Part shown: piece by piece, positions 21,650 to 29,997 of the stretch
Numbering within the stretch: position 1 is the first letter of the stretch
Layout: each line of letters starts with the position of its first letter
Source: Candidatus Levyibacteriota bacterium
GTDB lineage: Bacteria > Patescibacteriota > Microgenomatia > Levybacterales > UBA12049
Direction: 5' to 3'
Assembly (NCBI GenBank): GCA_027459745.1
Contig: DAIDHL010000002.1
Coordinates: 9,113-73,112, forward strand
Length of the DNA: 64,000 nucleotides
Notes under the pieces: generated by a model
Databases searched by the model: none
Told to the model about the DNA's origin: nothing
The model's input: the letters and a program-made list of their open reading frames with translations, nothing else
Position numbers and translations under genes: made by a program

Positions 21650-21775
21650 TCAGCCTCCACGTTGAGAGGTTCGCCAAGTAACTAAAGTGTCATGCTGAAC
21701 TTGATTCAGCATCTTAGAAGATTCTGAAATAAGTTCAAGACGACGAATTACCAAATGATTAAAATTATGATTCAT
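21650..21775 (-). CDS. putative Trp leader peptide (41 aa, ending ...LVTWRTSQRGG)
   Basis: AAGGGG RBS and an open frame with a single TGG followed by RTS, directly upstream of alternative hairpins. Confidence 0.7.
   Translation of the reverse strand: MNHNFNHLVIRRLELISESSKMLNQVQHDTLVTWRTSQRGG
21689..21744. repeat. 56-bp element family B, in-frame in the leader peptide
   Basis: GTCATGCTGAACTTGATTCAGCATCT...AGATTCTGAAATAAGTTCAAGACGAC. Confidence 0.8.
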
Positions 21776-21801
21776 ATACTTATTTACCCCTTAGTTCTTT
21801 G

Positions 21802-22056
21802 CTAATTAATATTTTTAAAATTGCCTTTTTGAATTTCTTTGGAACCGCGAGTAACTGTTGCCACTCCTACTCCCAATTTTTCTGCAATTTCGTGTTGACT
21901 TACTCCTTCTTTGAGCATTTTTACTATTTCAATTCGACGAACAAATTCGTCGATTTCTGCGAATGTAAATAATCCAGCCAAGAAATTTTCCATCTCTTTC
22001 TTATCGCGAATTTCAGAAAAATGTTTAATAAGAATTTGCAAAGATTTAGCTTTCAT
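21802..22056 (-). CDS. trpR: Trp repressor-like HTH protein (TrpR/YerC family)
   Basis: LFT.AE.....RR.EI...L..G.SQ.EIA..LGVG.ATVTRGS. Confidence 0.85.
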   Translation of the reverse strand: MKAKSLQILIKHFSEIRDKKEMENFLAGLFTFAEIDEFVRRIEIVKMLKEGVSQHEIAEKLGVGVATVTRGSKEIQKGNFKNIN

Positions 22057-22059
22057 TTC

Positions 22060-22093
22060 ATACTATTATACTAGTATATTAGTACGTTGTCAA
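22060..22093 (-). promoter_or_regulatory. sigma70 promoter overlapped by tandem TrpR-type operators
   Basis: Perfect TTGACA-17-TATAAT. GTACTAATATACTAGTAT and ATACTAGTATAATAGTAT (8-bp offset) resemble GTACT-N8-AGTAC. Confidence 0.8.
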
Positions 22094-22158
22094 TAGGGAT
22101 AGTTACTTTATTATTTAAATCATTTTTGATCTTTGAACTTTGATTTTTGATCTTTATA

Positions 22159-23421
22159 CTACCCTAGCCATTCTTTCTTCATATCCTCAAACCTATCTTC
22201 TAAAATCGCTTCTCTAATCTGATCTACAAGATGAACTATGAAGTAAATATTATGAATTGAACCGAGTCGCTGAGACAATAATTCTTTGGCCATAAATAAA
22301 TGATGTAAATAAGCCCTGCTAAAATTCTGACAAGTAAAACACTCACAACCCGGATCCAGAGGGTTGGGATCTAATTGATATTGCGCATTGCTAATCTGCA
22401 TGGTGAAATTGCGTTCTTTTCTCCCACCATTCTGCGGATGTAAATATAAATTACCATGTCTACCCCTTCTAGTGGGCGCTACGCAATCAAAAAAGTCCAT
22501 GCCCCGACTGATGCCTTCAAATAAATCCTGCACTTCGCCAATACCGAGCATATGACGAGGTTTGTCTTCTTGAAAATAAGGCACACACCAATCCATCACT
22601 TGATATAAAACGTCTTTGGAAGTATATGATCCACCAATGGAAACAGCGGGAAAATATTTGTCCGTAAAACCAGCGGAAAACTTGCGCAGATCTTCATACA
22701 TTCCACCATGCACTACGCCATACATTAATTGGTCATTACGTTTTTGTGCTTGCAAACTAGCCACTCCCCAACGGCTCGTCCTTTCTAAGGATAATTTAGT
22801 TAATTCATAATCCCACAACGGCGATTCATGATCATCAAAAGCCACGATTAAATCTGCTCCCATTTGTTCCTGCAATTTGATAGAAACTTCTGAATCAAAC
22901 CACAATTTATTACCATCCAAATGCGAGTAAAACCAGACACCATCATCATGTACTCTGGCCGCTTTCAGCTTACTTAGTTCTTTATCAATTCTGGTCTTGG
23001 TAAATGATGGCAGTTGTAAACTTAAGTCAGCTGGTTCTATAAAAACCGACTTAGAGAACTTACTCATTTTTCGTCCATGTACATCTTTCAATACTACTTC
23101 TTTTTGCGCAATTCCTAATGAGAAAACTTGGAAACCGCCACTGTCGGTCATGGTAGGCTTATCCCATGACATGAACTTACCCAACCCCCCCATTTTGGCA
23201 ATAACTTCTGCTCCCGGACGGAGTCCAAGATGGTAAGTGTTAGAGAGTATAATTTGTGCTCCAATATCTTTTAAATCTTGTGCTGTCAATGTTTTAACAG
23301 TTGCCTGTGTTCCGACCGGATTGAAGTTTGGCGTCATAATTACACCATGTGGGGTAACCAGTCTTCCCACTCTAGCTTTTGAAGTTTTATCTCTTTTTTC
23401 GATGGTAAATTTAAAATTCAT
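22159..23421 (-). CDS. tgt: tRNA-guanine transglycosylase
   Basis: NTYHL, TDSGGFQVFSL, DFFDCVAPTR and the C.C.TC...H zinc site. Has an internal insert of about 45 aa. Confidence 0.95.
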   Translation of the reverse strand: MNFKFTIEKRDKTSKARVGRLVTPHGVIMTPNFNPVGTQATVKTLTAQDLKDIGAQIILSNTYHLGLRPGAEVIAKMGGLGKFMSWDKPTMTDSGGFQVFSLGIAQKEVVLKDVHGRKMSKFSKSVFIEPADLSLQLPSFTKTRIDKELSKLKAARVHDDGVWFYSHLDGNKLWFDSEVSIKLQEQMGADLIVAFDDHESPLWDYELTKLSLERTSRWGVASLQAQKRNDQLMYGVVHGGMYEDLRKFSAGFTDKYFPAVSIGGSYTSKDVLYQVMDWCVPYFQEDKPRHMLGIGEVQDLFEGISRGMDFFDCVAPTRRGRHGNLYLHPQNGGRKERNFTMQISNAQYQLDPNPLDPGCECFTCQNFSRAYLHHLFMAKELLSQRLGSIHNIYFIVHLVDQIREAILEDRFEDMKKEWLG

Positions 23422-23433
23422 ATAATAAAAAAC

Positions 23434-23526
23434 GTCATTGCGAGAACTGAAAGGACGAAGCAATCTATAAAAACCTACTAGATTGCTTCACTCACTCCGC
23501 CAGCTGGCGGATTTGTTCGCAATGAC
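23434..23526. repeat. palindromic element family A (intergenic) with a nested 16-bp palindrome
   Basis: GTCATTGCGAG...TTCGCAATGAC, with TCCGCCAGCTGGCGGA at 23496-23511. Confidence 0.85.
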
Positions 23527-23530
23527 GAAA

Positions 23531-24910
23531 TTATAAGCCATTAACCTCTTGCGTAAACTGTTCTCCTCTCACCTTGTAGTTTTTAAACATCCCGAAACTT
23601 GCGCAAGCTGGGGATAACAGCACAACGTCTCCTGGTCTTGCAATCACATTGGCCGCTTTGATGATCTGCTCCATATTTTGTGCACCTTCAATTAAAAGTA
23701 TCTCTTCTCCATTTTCTCTTCTCAGATCTCCGATTTGCTCTTTTATTCTTTCCCACTCAATTCCGATACCAATAATTGCCTTAATATTTTTTGCCAAACG
23801 AATTGTCTTACCTAGCTCAGTAAAATCGCTATTTTTACTTGAACCACCCAGAATCAATATTTCAGGCTGATTGAATGCTTCAATGGCGGCAATCGCCGTT
23901 TCTGGTGTAGTAGAAAATGAATCATCATAATATCTAACTCCATTTAATTCTCTTATCAGTTGTAACCTATGTTCAAGACCTTTGAACCCTTTCAAAACAG
24001 TCGCAATATTATGCCTTTTCACTCCAGCCAGTGTCGCTGCCATCACTGCAGCACAAACATTTTCAAGATTATGTTTTCCCGGCAGTAAAATATGTTCTAT
24101 TTTAATTACCTCCTCATCTATGCCCATTCCTACCACATGTATTGTTTTGTTCTTTATAAAACAGCCGACTGTGCCATCACGTTCTGTGCTTACCGGAAAA
24201 ACTTGGGCTTCGGTGTAAATATCTGATTCATTTGAGGCAATATAATCACGATTTATGACTGCATAATCATCGGCTTGCTGATAACGCAAAATATTTCTTT
24301 TAGCAGCGATGTATTCATAGACATCTTGATGATAATCTAAGTGTTCACTGGTAATCATTAATAATACGGCAATTTGTGGGCTTTTAGTTAGATCAATCAA
24401 CTGAAAACTAGACAGTTCTAGTACTACTTTTGATCGAGCATTTAAACTATCCAAAAATTCCAACGGGGGCTTTCCAATATTGCCACCAATATACACATCA
24501 AAACCTTGTTTTTTACACATTTCATAGATCAAAGTCGAGGTAGTACCTTTACCTTTTGTACCGGTAACGCCAATCACCTGACAAGGACAATTGTCTAAAA
24601 AAAATTGTGTATGAGAAGTGATAATTACCCCCTGCTCTTTGGCATCTAATAACTTTTCTTTCAACGGAGAAATTCCCGGTGTGCGAAAAACAATTTCAAA
24701 ATCTTTTAATTTTTGGAGTACATCCTTACCAACATGAACTTCAACACCTTGTTGTTTTAAATTTTTAATTTCGTCACTATCCTCTAGAAGTTTCTCATCC
24801 AGCACCACAAACTTTATTTGATGTTGACTAAGGTAATCAATAGTAGCCATTCCTTCTACCCCTAGGCCCAGCACTGCAACTTTTTTATTTTTTAAATCAG
24901 TGATATTCAT
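23531..24910 (-). CDS. murD: UDP-N-acetylmuramoyl-L-alanine--D-glutamate ligase
   Basis: GTKGKGTT, GGNIG, ELSSFQL, HLDYH, HRL, LLSPACAS. Confidence 0.95.
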   Translation of the reverse strand: MNITDLKNKKVAVLGLGVEGMATIDYLSQHQIKFVVLDEKLLEDSDEIKNLKQQGVEVHVGKDVLQKLKDFEIVFRTPGISPLKEKLLDAKEQGVIITSHTQFFLDNCPCQVIGVTGTKGKGTTSTLIYEMCKKQGFDVYIGGNIGKPPLEFLDSLNARSKVVLELSSFQLIDLTKSPQIAVLLMITSEHLDYHQDVYEYIAAKRNILRYQQADDYAVINRDYIASNESDIYTEAQVFPVSTERDGTVGCFIKNKTIHVVGMGIDEEVIKIEHILLPGKHNLENVCAAVMAATLAGVKRHNIATVLKGFKGLEHRLQLIRELNGVRYYDDSFSTTPETAIAAIEAFNQPEILILGGSSKNSDFTELGKTIRLAKNIKAIIGIGIEWERIKEQIGDLRRENGEEILLIEGAQNMEQIIKAANVIARPGDVVLLSPACASFGMFKNYKVRGEQFTQEVNGL

Positions 24911-25033
24911 ATATTCTCCTTTCAGTTCAATCTTTCTACCTTTCAGGTAGCTAACTTGTTGCTCCTATTATACCTTTCCCCCTTGACAAAGGCAAAAAAA
25001 CATTTCATGATACATTCAGCTGTAATTCAAAAT

Positions 25034-26152
25034 ATGCAAAATACCACGAATAAATTTCCTAGTATTGGTAGTTTATTTTCCGATAGCTGGAATTTGTTCG
25101 TTAGTCGTCTTGGTAGATTCTTTCTGCTAGCCATTACCTCCTTTTTTTTTAATGCCTTAATTATTGTAATAGGTTTAATTCTAGCCTTTGTGATTGTTTT
25201 TGTTACAAACCTCGGCTCTGCCTTAGCTACCGGACATACAGCAAATATTAATGCCTCAGCTGTTACTGGCGTAATAGGTCTGTTAATTTTAATTTTTCTG
25301 GTAGTAAGCATTATTGTTAATTCAGTTTATAGTGCCTGGCTCCTACTCGCACTCAATGAACCTAAAGAAACTGGCTTTGGAACTATATTTGGTAAAGGTT
25401 TTGGATTTATTCTCCCTCTTTTTTTAATCGGCTTAATTAGTTTCTTTTTCTCAATCGGAGGCTTATTCTTCTTTATCATTCCAGTATTCTTGTTCGCCTA
25501 TTTCTTTGCCTTTAGTGCCTATGAGGTAATCTGTGATTCTCAACGAGGAATTAATGCTTTCAAACGAAGTTATGCCATTACTACCAGCAATTTTGGAGAA
25601 ATTTTTGTTCGTGCGCTCTTAATTATCATTATAAATGTAGTTGCTTCTTCTTTGGCTGGACAGCTTATTCATTACTCTGCTGCTTTCGCATTTATATGGA
25701 TAATTGTTGCTATTCTCTTTAGCTGGTATCAAATCACCTATTTCTTTACTCTTTATCAGCAAGCTAAAGCACATACAGATTTTTCCAAACCAGTTTCACT
25801 TCTCTGGGTATGGATAATAAGTATTTTAGGCTGGTTAATCTTTATATTTGTTATGTTTAGTTTGATCACCGGATTAAGCAGCTTGATTAAGTCAGGAGAA
25901 TTACAAAAGATACTTAATTCCTACGCTCATTCTACCCCAACTCCTACTCCAGTAATAGAAAATAATGTAAATATTAATTATGTTTCTCCTGCAGCTGGAG
26001 CTAATAACACCTATACCTATCCTACTACTGCACCGACAATTGATTACAATGCCAAGCTACAACAAGAAGAGAAACAGGCGCAACAAATGCAGCAACAAAT
26101 GCTACAACAGTATAACCAAACTACTCAGCAACATACTCAACCAACTCCATAA
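25034..26152 (+). CDS. multi-TM membrane protein with Gln-rich tail (paralog 1)
   Basis: About 7 TMs; FPSIGSLFSDSW start; TTGACA upstream at 24983. Confidence 0.75.
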   Translation: MQNTTNKFPSIGSLFSDSWNLFVSRLGRFFLLAITSFFFNALIIVIGLILAFVIVFVTNLGSALATGHTANINASAVTGVIGLLILIFLVVSIIVNSVYSAWLLLALNEPKETGFGTIFGKGFGFILPLFLIGLISFFFSIGGLFFFIIPVFLFAYFFAFSAYEVICDSQRGINAFKRSYAITTSNFGEIFVRALLIIIINVVASSLAGQLIHYSAAFAFIWIIVAILFSWYQITYFFTLYQQAKAHTDFSKPVSLLWVWIISILGWLIFIFVMFSLITGLSSLIKSGELQKILNSYAHSTPTPTPVIENNVNINYVSPAAGANNTYTYPTTAPTIDYNAKLQQEEKQAQQMQQQMLQQYNQTTQQHTQPTP

Positions 26153-26258
26153 TAGATAGTCTAGTCTCTATTGTTCTCTATTTGGTCTTTTCTTGTTATA
26201 ATTGCTTAGTAGCTTGACATTGAGCTATAGATTCCCAGTATATAGGGAGTTAAATAAC

Positions 26259-27293
26259 ATGCAATTAAACCATCATACACATAGTATAAAAAACGACAAG
26301 TCGGTTATGTTTCCCTCTATTAGTACTCTATTTAGTGATAGTTGGTATCTTTTCGCCAGTCGTTTGAATCGTTTTTTTCTTTTTACACTCATAAATTTCG
26401 CTATCTTGATAGTCTTTTATCTGGCCTTCTTTACCTTGGTAGCAGCCGTCATCAGACCAATTTTAAATCCACTCTTACAGTCTCACTCTACGATTTCCCC
26501 AATTCAGTTGTTGCCTACCTTAATCCCTGGTGCCATTATACTTTTTCTCGTCTTGATCATCGGCTTAATCGTTATAGGAGCAGTAAATATAACATGGCTG
26601 TTGCTCTCTATTAAAGAAGATGAAGGAATTCCTTTTAAAAAAATCCTTTATGAGAGTCCTGCCTATTTAAAATCAGCGATCCCCACAGCTCTATTACTTA
26701 CAATTTTGAATATGGGATTGTTTATTTTCTTCGTTTTACCATCAATAGCTTCGGGAATCGTTTTCTTCTTATCGGTTTTTTTCGTTTTTTCGTTTTCTGA
26801 GTTAATCTTTTTAGGCAAAAGGAACCTATCCGCTATCCAACGGAGCTATGTGGTAGTTATCAGTCATTTTAAAGCGGTAGCTTTACGTATGGGAAGCTTG
26901 CTATTTGCCTATGTTGTACTAATCTTGGTTCTTAATACCTTACAGATTATCCAATCTCCTGTGGTAAATTGGATATCTGCTATTTTTGAAATACTGTTCT
27001 CATGGTACGCTATTTGTTATATTTATTTACTTTATCAACAAGCAGCTCAACATACCGATGAAGAAAAAACAATTTCTAAATTGTGGTTGTGGAGTATTGC
27101 TATTGTAGGATGGATTTTGACAATATTATTGATTGTCTTAATCAGCTTTGGAGTCTCTTATTCAATTAAGACCGGCGCCTTCCAAAAAGCTATAGATCAA
27201 TTAGCTTTTCCAACTACACAGACCGACAAAACTAAAGCACCCAATATTAAACCATCTATGACTCCCCAAGTTAAAACGATGAATAAAAATTAG
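26259..27293 (+). CDS. multi-TM membrane protein (paralog 2)
   Basis: FPSISTLFSDSW.LF.SRL.RFF, A..RSY, LYQQA..HTD and LW.W..A..GW all shared with paralog 1. Confidence 0.75.
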   Translation: MQLNHHTHSIKNDKSVMFPSISTLFSDSWYLFASRLNRFFLFTLINFAILIVFYLAFFTLVAAVIRPILNPLLQSHSTISPIQLLPTLIPGAIILFLVLIIGLIVIGAVNITWLLLSIKEDEGIPFKKILYESPAYLKSAIPTALLLTILNMGLFIFFVLPSIASGIVFFLSVFFVFSFSELIFLGKRNLSAIQRSYVVVISHFKAVALRMGSLLFAYVVLILVLNTLQIIQSPVVNWISAIFEILFSWYAICYIYLLYQQAAQHTDEEKTISKLWLWSIAIVGWILTILLIVLISFGVSYSIKTGAFQKAIDQLAFPTTQTDKTKAPNIKPSMTPQVKTMNKN

Positions 27294-27347
27294 TTTAAAT
27301 AACTTACACAACTTCAAACTTCTTACTTTGACTTTTAAACCAATTAG

Positions 27348-27420
27348 TACCAGGGATGAGATTCGAACCCATGACCGCTGCGTTATGAATGCAGTGCTCT
27401 AACCACTGAGCTACCCTGGC
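27348..27420 (-). tRNA. tRNA with CAT anticodon (elongator Met or Ile2)
   Basis: GCCAGGGTAGCTCAGTGG...loop TTCATAA...GGTTCGAATC...CCCTGGTA. Confidence 0.9.
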
Positions 27421-27593
27421 AGGTTTTTCAGTATCAAGTATAAAGTATTATGCATTAAGTATAAAGAGATTCTTCTTGTAGCTTTACTTTTCTTATACAA
27501 TTTCGTGCTTCTTAATCGGAATAAAGTATATCAGGTTGACCACGATCAAAGCAAACTGTTATAATGGTTATCGCGCACAAGCGCCATTCAACA

Positions 27594-27662
27594 TGCGGGG
27601 TAATGTACGGTGCATAAAGGGCTCATAATCCTTTTGGTCAGGTTCAACTCCTGACCCCGCAA
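27594..27662 (+). tRNA. initiator-like tRNA-Met(CAT) with a short D-loop
   Basis: TGCGGGG/CCCCGCA acceptor, AAGGG-CTCATAA-TCCTT anticodon arm, TCAGG-TTCAACT-CCTGA T arm. Confidence 0.8.
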
Positions 27663-27664
27663 CA

Positions 27665-28018
27665 CTAGTTATTAAAGAAGTAGTTCCACCATTGTTTCCA
27701 GTTAGGTTGTTGTAATTGAATTTGATCTGGTTGACTTGCATCTACTGAATTCAAAGTTCCACTTGGAATTAACACCAAATTCTCTCCTGGTTTGACTAAT
27801 AACAGTTTATCCCGGGCTTGTTCCTGTACAAATTGTGATTGGGAAACTTGCTTTAATTGTTCCGTTAGTTGATCATGTTTCTTTTGTTCTTGCTTGAGAC
27901 TGGTTTGTGCTTCAATTAAATATCGTCTCTCTTCCCAGGTGGTAATAATAGAATGGGCTAAATTATTTATAATTATTAAACAAATAATTATTGTGGTAAA
28001 AATTATGATATTTTTCAT
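27665..28018 (-). CDS. septum formation initiator (FtsB/DivIC-like)
   Basis: N-terminal TM, coiled coil, E.QAR.KL.L.KPGE, NWKQW. Confidence 0.8.
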   Translation of the reverse strand: MKNIIIFTTIIICLIIINNLAHSIITTWEERRYLIEAQTSLKQEQKKHDQLTEQLKQVSQSQFVQEQARDKLLLVKPGENLVLIPSGTLNSVDASQPDQIQLQQPNWKQWWNYFFNN

Positions 28019-28087
28019 GAGTTATTAATAATCATACTTTTCATGCTTGACTTACGCTCAGAATATTGATATTATGGGCTTCACAAT

Positions 28088-28948
28088 ATGAAGCAAGTTA
28101 GCGTACGTGACGCACATAAAGAATTTACGGACTTCCTGCGTGAAAAAAAACATTCCAGTGCTACCATTTTAGCATACGGCAAAGACATCGATCAGTTAGC
28201 TAGTTTTCTCGGAGAAATGCAAAAACATCAAGTACATGAGATCAATAAGGATGATCTTCAAGCATTTCTCGCCAAGATGACAGAAAAAGGCTATACTCCC
28301 AAATCTGTATCTAGAAAATTAAATTCTACACGTACTTTTTATCGTTTTCTGAAAGTCAATGAATATATTACCGATGATCCTTCCCTCTTAGTTTCTCATC
28401 CACACTATGAGTTAGCCGCTCCCCGCATTTTAAAGCCAACTGAATATCGAGCCTTAAGAGATGCTTCCAAAAATGATCCGCGCATGTATGCCGTAATTGA
28501 GTTATTGTTGCAAACAGGCATTCGCATTGGAGAGTTAGCTATGTTGAAGTTAGAGGATATGCGTGATGATGGATTATTAATTAGACCTTTTGAGAAGCAC
28601 GAAGAACGCGTAGTTCCACTTAACAAACCAGCTCGTGAAGCCTTAAATCGTTATTTAAAAGTCCGCCCACAAGTAGAGAATAATCATATTTTTATTACAA
28701 AATCGGGTAAGCCTTTCTTGGTTCGCAATATCCGCACGGCAATTGAGCGCTATTTCCGTTTGGCGGGAATTGAAGATGCCAAAGTAAATGATTTGCGTCA
28801 TACATTCGTAGTTCATCACTTAAAACATGGTGTTTCTTTGGTTTTATTGTCTAAAATTCTTGGTCACAAGAGACTCTCTACTACTGAAAGATATTTAGAA
28901 TATGTTACAGATCGCGGTAAGGATACTTCTGTGTTAAGTGAACTTTAA
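28088..28948 (+). CDS. XerC/D-like tyrosine recombinase
   Basis: SAM-like N-terminal domain, GIR..E, NDLRHTF, LGH....T..Y. Confidence 0.9.
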   Translation: MKQVSVRDAHKEFTDFLREKKHSSATILAYGKDIDQLASFLGEMQKHQVHEINKDDLQAFLAKMTEKGYTPKSVSRKLNSTRTFYRFLKVNEYITDDPSLLVSHPHYELAAPRILKPTEYRALRDASKNDPRMYAVIELLLQTGIRIGELAMLKLEDMRDDGLLIRPFEKHEERVVPLNKPAREALNRYLKVRPQVENNHIFITKSGKPFLVRNIRTAIERYFRLAGIEDAKVNDLRHTFVVHHLKHGVSLVLLSKILGHKRLSTTERYLEYVTDRGKDTSVLSEL

Positions 28949-29140
28949 TCCATAATCGTTTATAACGTTAAAAGTCATAATGTTATAAAGCAATTCTATT
29001 TTATAACTTTAAAAACTTTATAGACTTTATAACGAACCTCTGTTGCACCCCAAGGCTATTTCATAGTACAATTCTTCATTAGTAGTAAGGTTTAAGCGAA
29101 TTTCCCTTATTCCTGTCTACTATTACCTTTAAACTAACTT

Positions 29141-29225
29141 GGAGAGGTCGCATAGTGGTCGAGTGCAGCGGTTTACTAAACCGCCGATCCGCAAGGGTTC
29201 GGGGGTTCGAATCCCCCCCTCTCCG
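29141..29225 (+). tRNA. tRNA-Ser with ACT anticodon
   Basis: Ser-type body (GGAGAGG acceptor, long variable arm, G73). Anticodon arm GCGGT-TTACTAA-ACCGC. Confidence 0.88.
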
Positions 29226-29230
29226 CTTTC

Positions 29231-29276
29231 ACCCGCCGAAGCTACGTTCATGTACCTGAACGTAGCGAAGGAGGGC
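29231..29276. repeat. intergenic hairpin element after the tRNA
   Basis: CCGCCGAAGCTACGTTCA-TGTACC-TGAACGTAGCGAAGGAGG. Confidence 0.55.
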
Positions 29277-29428
29277 GTCATCCTCCTTCAGTTCGGATTG
29301 GTTTGAGCGGACATTGTCCGATGAAAATCACTAGTGTGACATTAAACGTCTCGCCTTCATTCTACAATCTACCTCCTAGATCCTACTTATTTGACAACTT
29401 TCCCCGCTTACTCTACGATAAATTTAAT

Positions 29429-29980
29429 ATGCCCAAGAACTGTCTGGTATCCATTTTCGTCCTTACACTATTTATATCTATCTTAATTTTGGCCAAACCT
29501 ACGATGGCACTAGCTGACAACTGTACTAACATTTCCCCCTCTAGCGCTCCAAATTTATTTCAGATCAAACGTGCCAGTGCTTCGGCTCAACTTTTTTTCT
29601 CACCTTTGCCTACGGATCAAACCATTAGTGGATATACTATTTCCTATGGCTTTACCCCCGGGGATGAACGATATGCCACCTCTTTTGCCTATGGAAGTTC
29701 AACCGGTGTAGTTGCCTACACCATAAATAGTTTAGACTATAAAGAAGGCTATGTTTTCAAGGTCAGAGCGGATAATGGCTGTGCCCCAGGTCCCTGGAGT
29801 AATTATCGATCAGATGGCATTCATCCAGCCACTACAACCACTAATACAAAGGCTGGTTTGCCCGTCACTGGCAGTACCGATAATACAATTTATGCTTTGT
29901 ACGTTCTGGTTAGTTTGGTACTAGCTGGAAGCTTTATTTTCTTTAATCCCCACAAAATTTTGTTTAAAGTGAACAAATAA
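29429..29980 (+). CDS. secreted fibronectin type III-like protein with LPxTG-type C-terminal anchor
   Basis: Signal peptide, Y.F.V.A.NGC..G.WS, then LPVTG, a TM and a basic tail. TTGACA-17-TACGAT promoter. Confidence 0.75.
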   Translation: MPKNCLVSIFVLTLFISILILAKPTMALADNCTNISPSSAPNLFQIKRASASAQLFFSPLPTDQTISGYTISYGFTPGDERYATSFAYGSSTGVVAYTINSLDYKEGYVFKVRADNGCAPGPWSNYRSDGIHPATTTTNTKAGLPVTGSTDNTIYALYVLVSLVLAGSFIFFNPHKILFKVNK

Positions 29981-29997
29981 AGTAAAATATAGTCGCT

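Noticed and set aside
28950-29035. dif-like site downstream of the Xer gene (CATAATGTTATAA)
   Set aside because: There is no 11-6-11 arm structure with a TTATGTTAAA-like arm. It is better explained as an inverted 9-mer tandem tract.
29168-29184. Possible amber suppressor (CTA) reading of the tRNA loop TTACTAA
   Set aside because: The GCGGT/ACCGC stem fixes the register: the centred triplet is ACT and CTA is off by one.
8912-29428. N-terminal extensions in the ORF track for nnrD, recF, trpS, tgt and the 24956 and 29303 ORFs
   Set aside because: They run through repeats or promoters. Downstream ATGs fit the family starts and the -10 boxes better.
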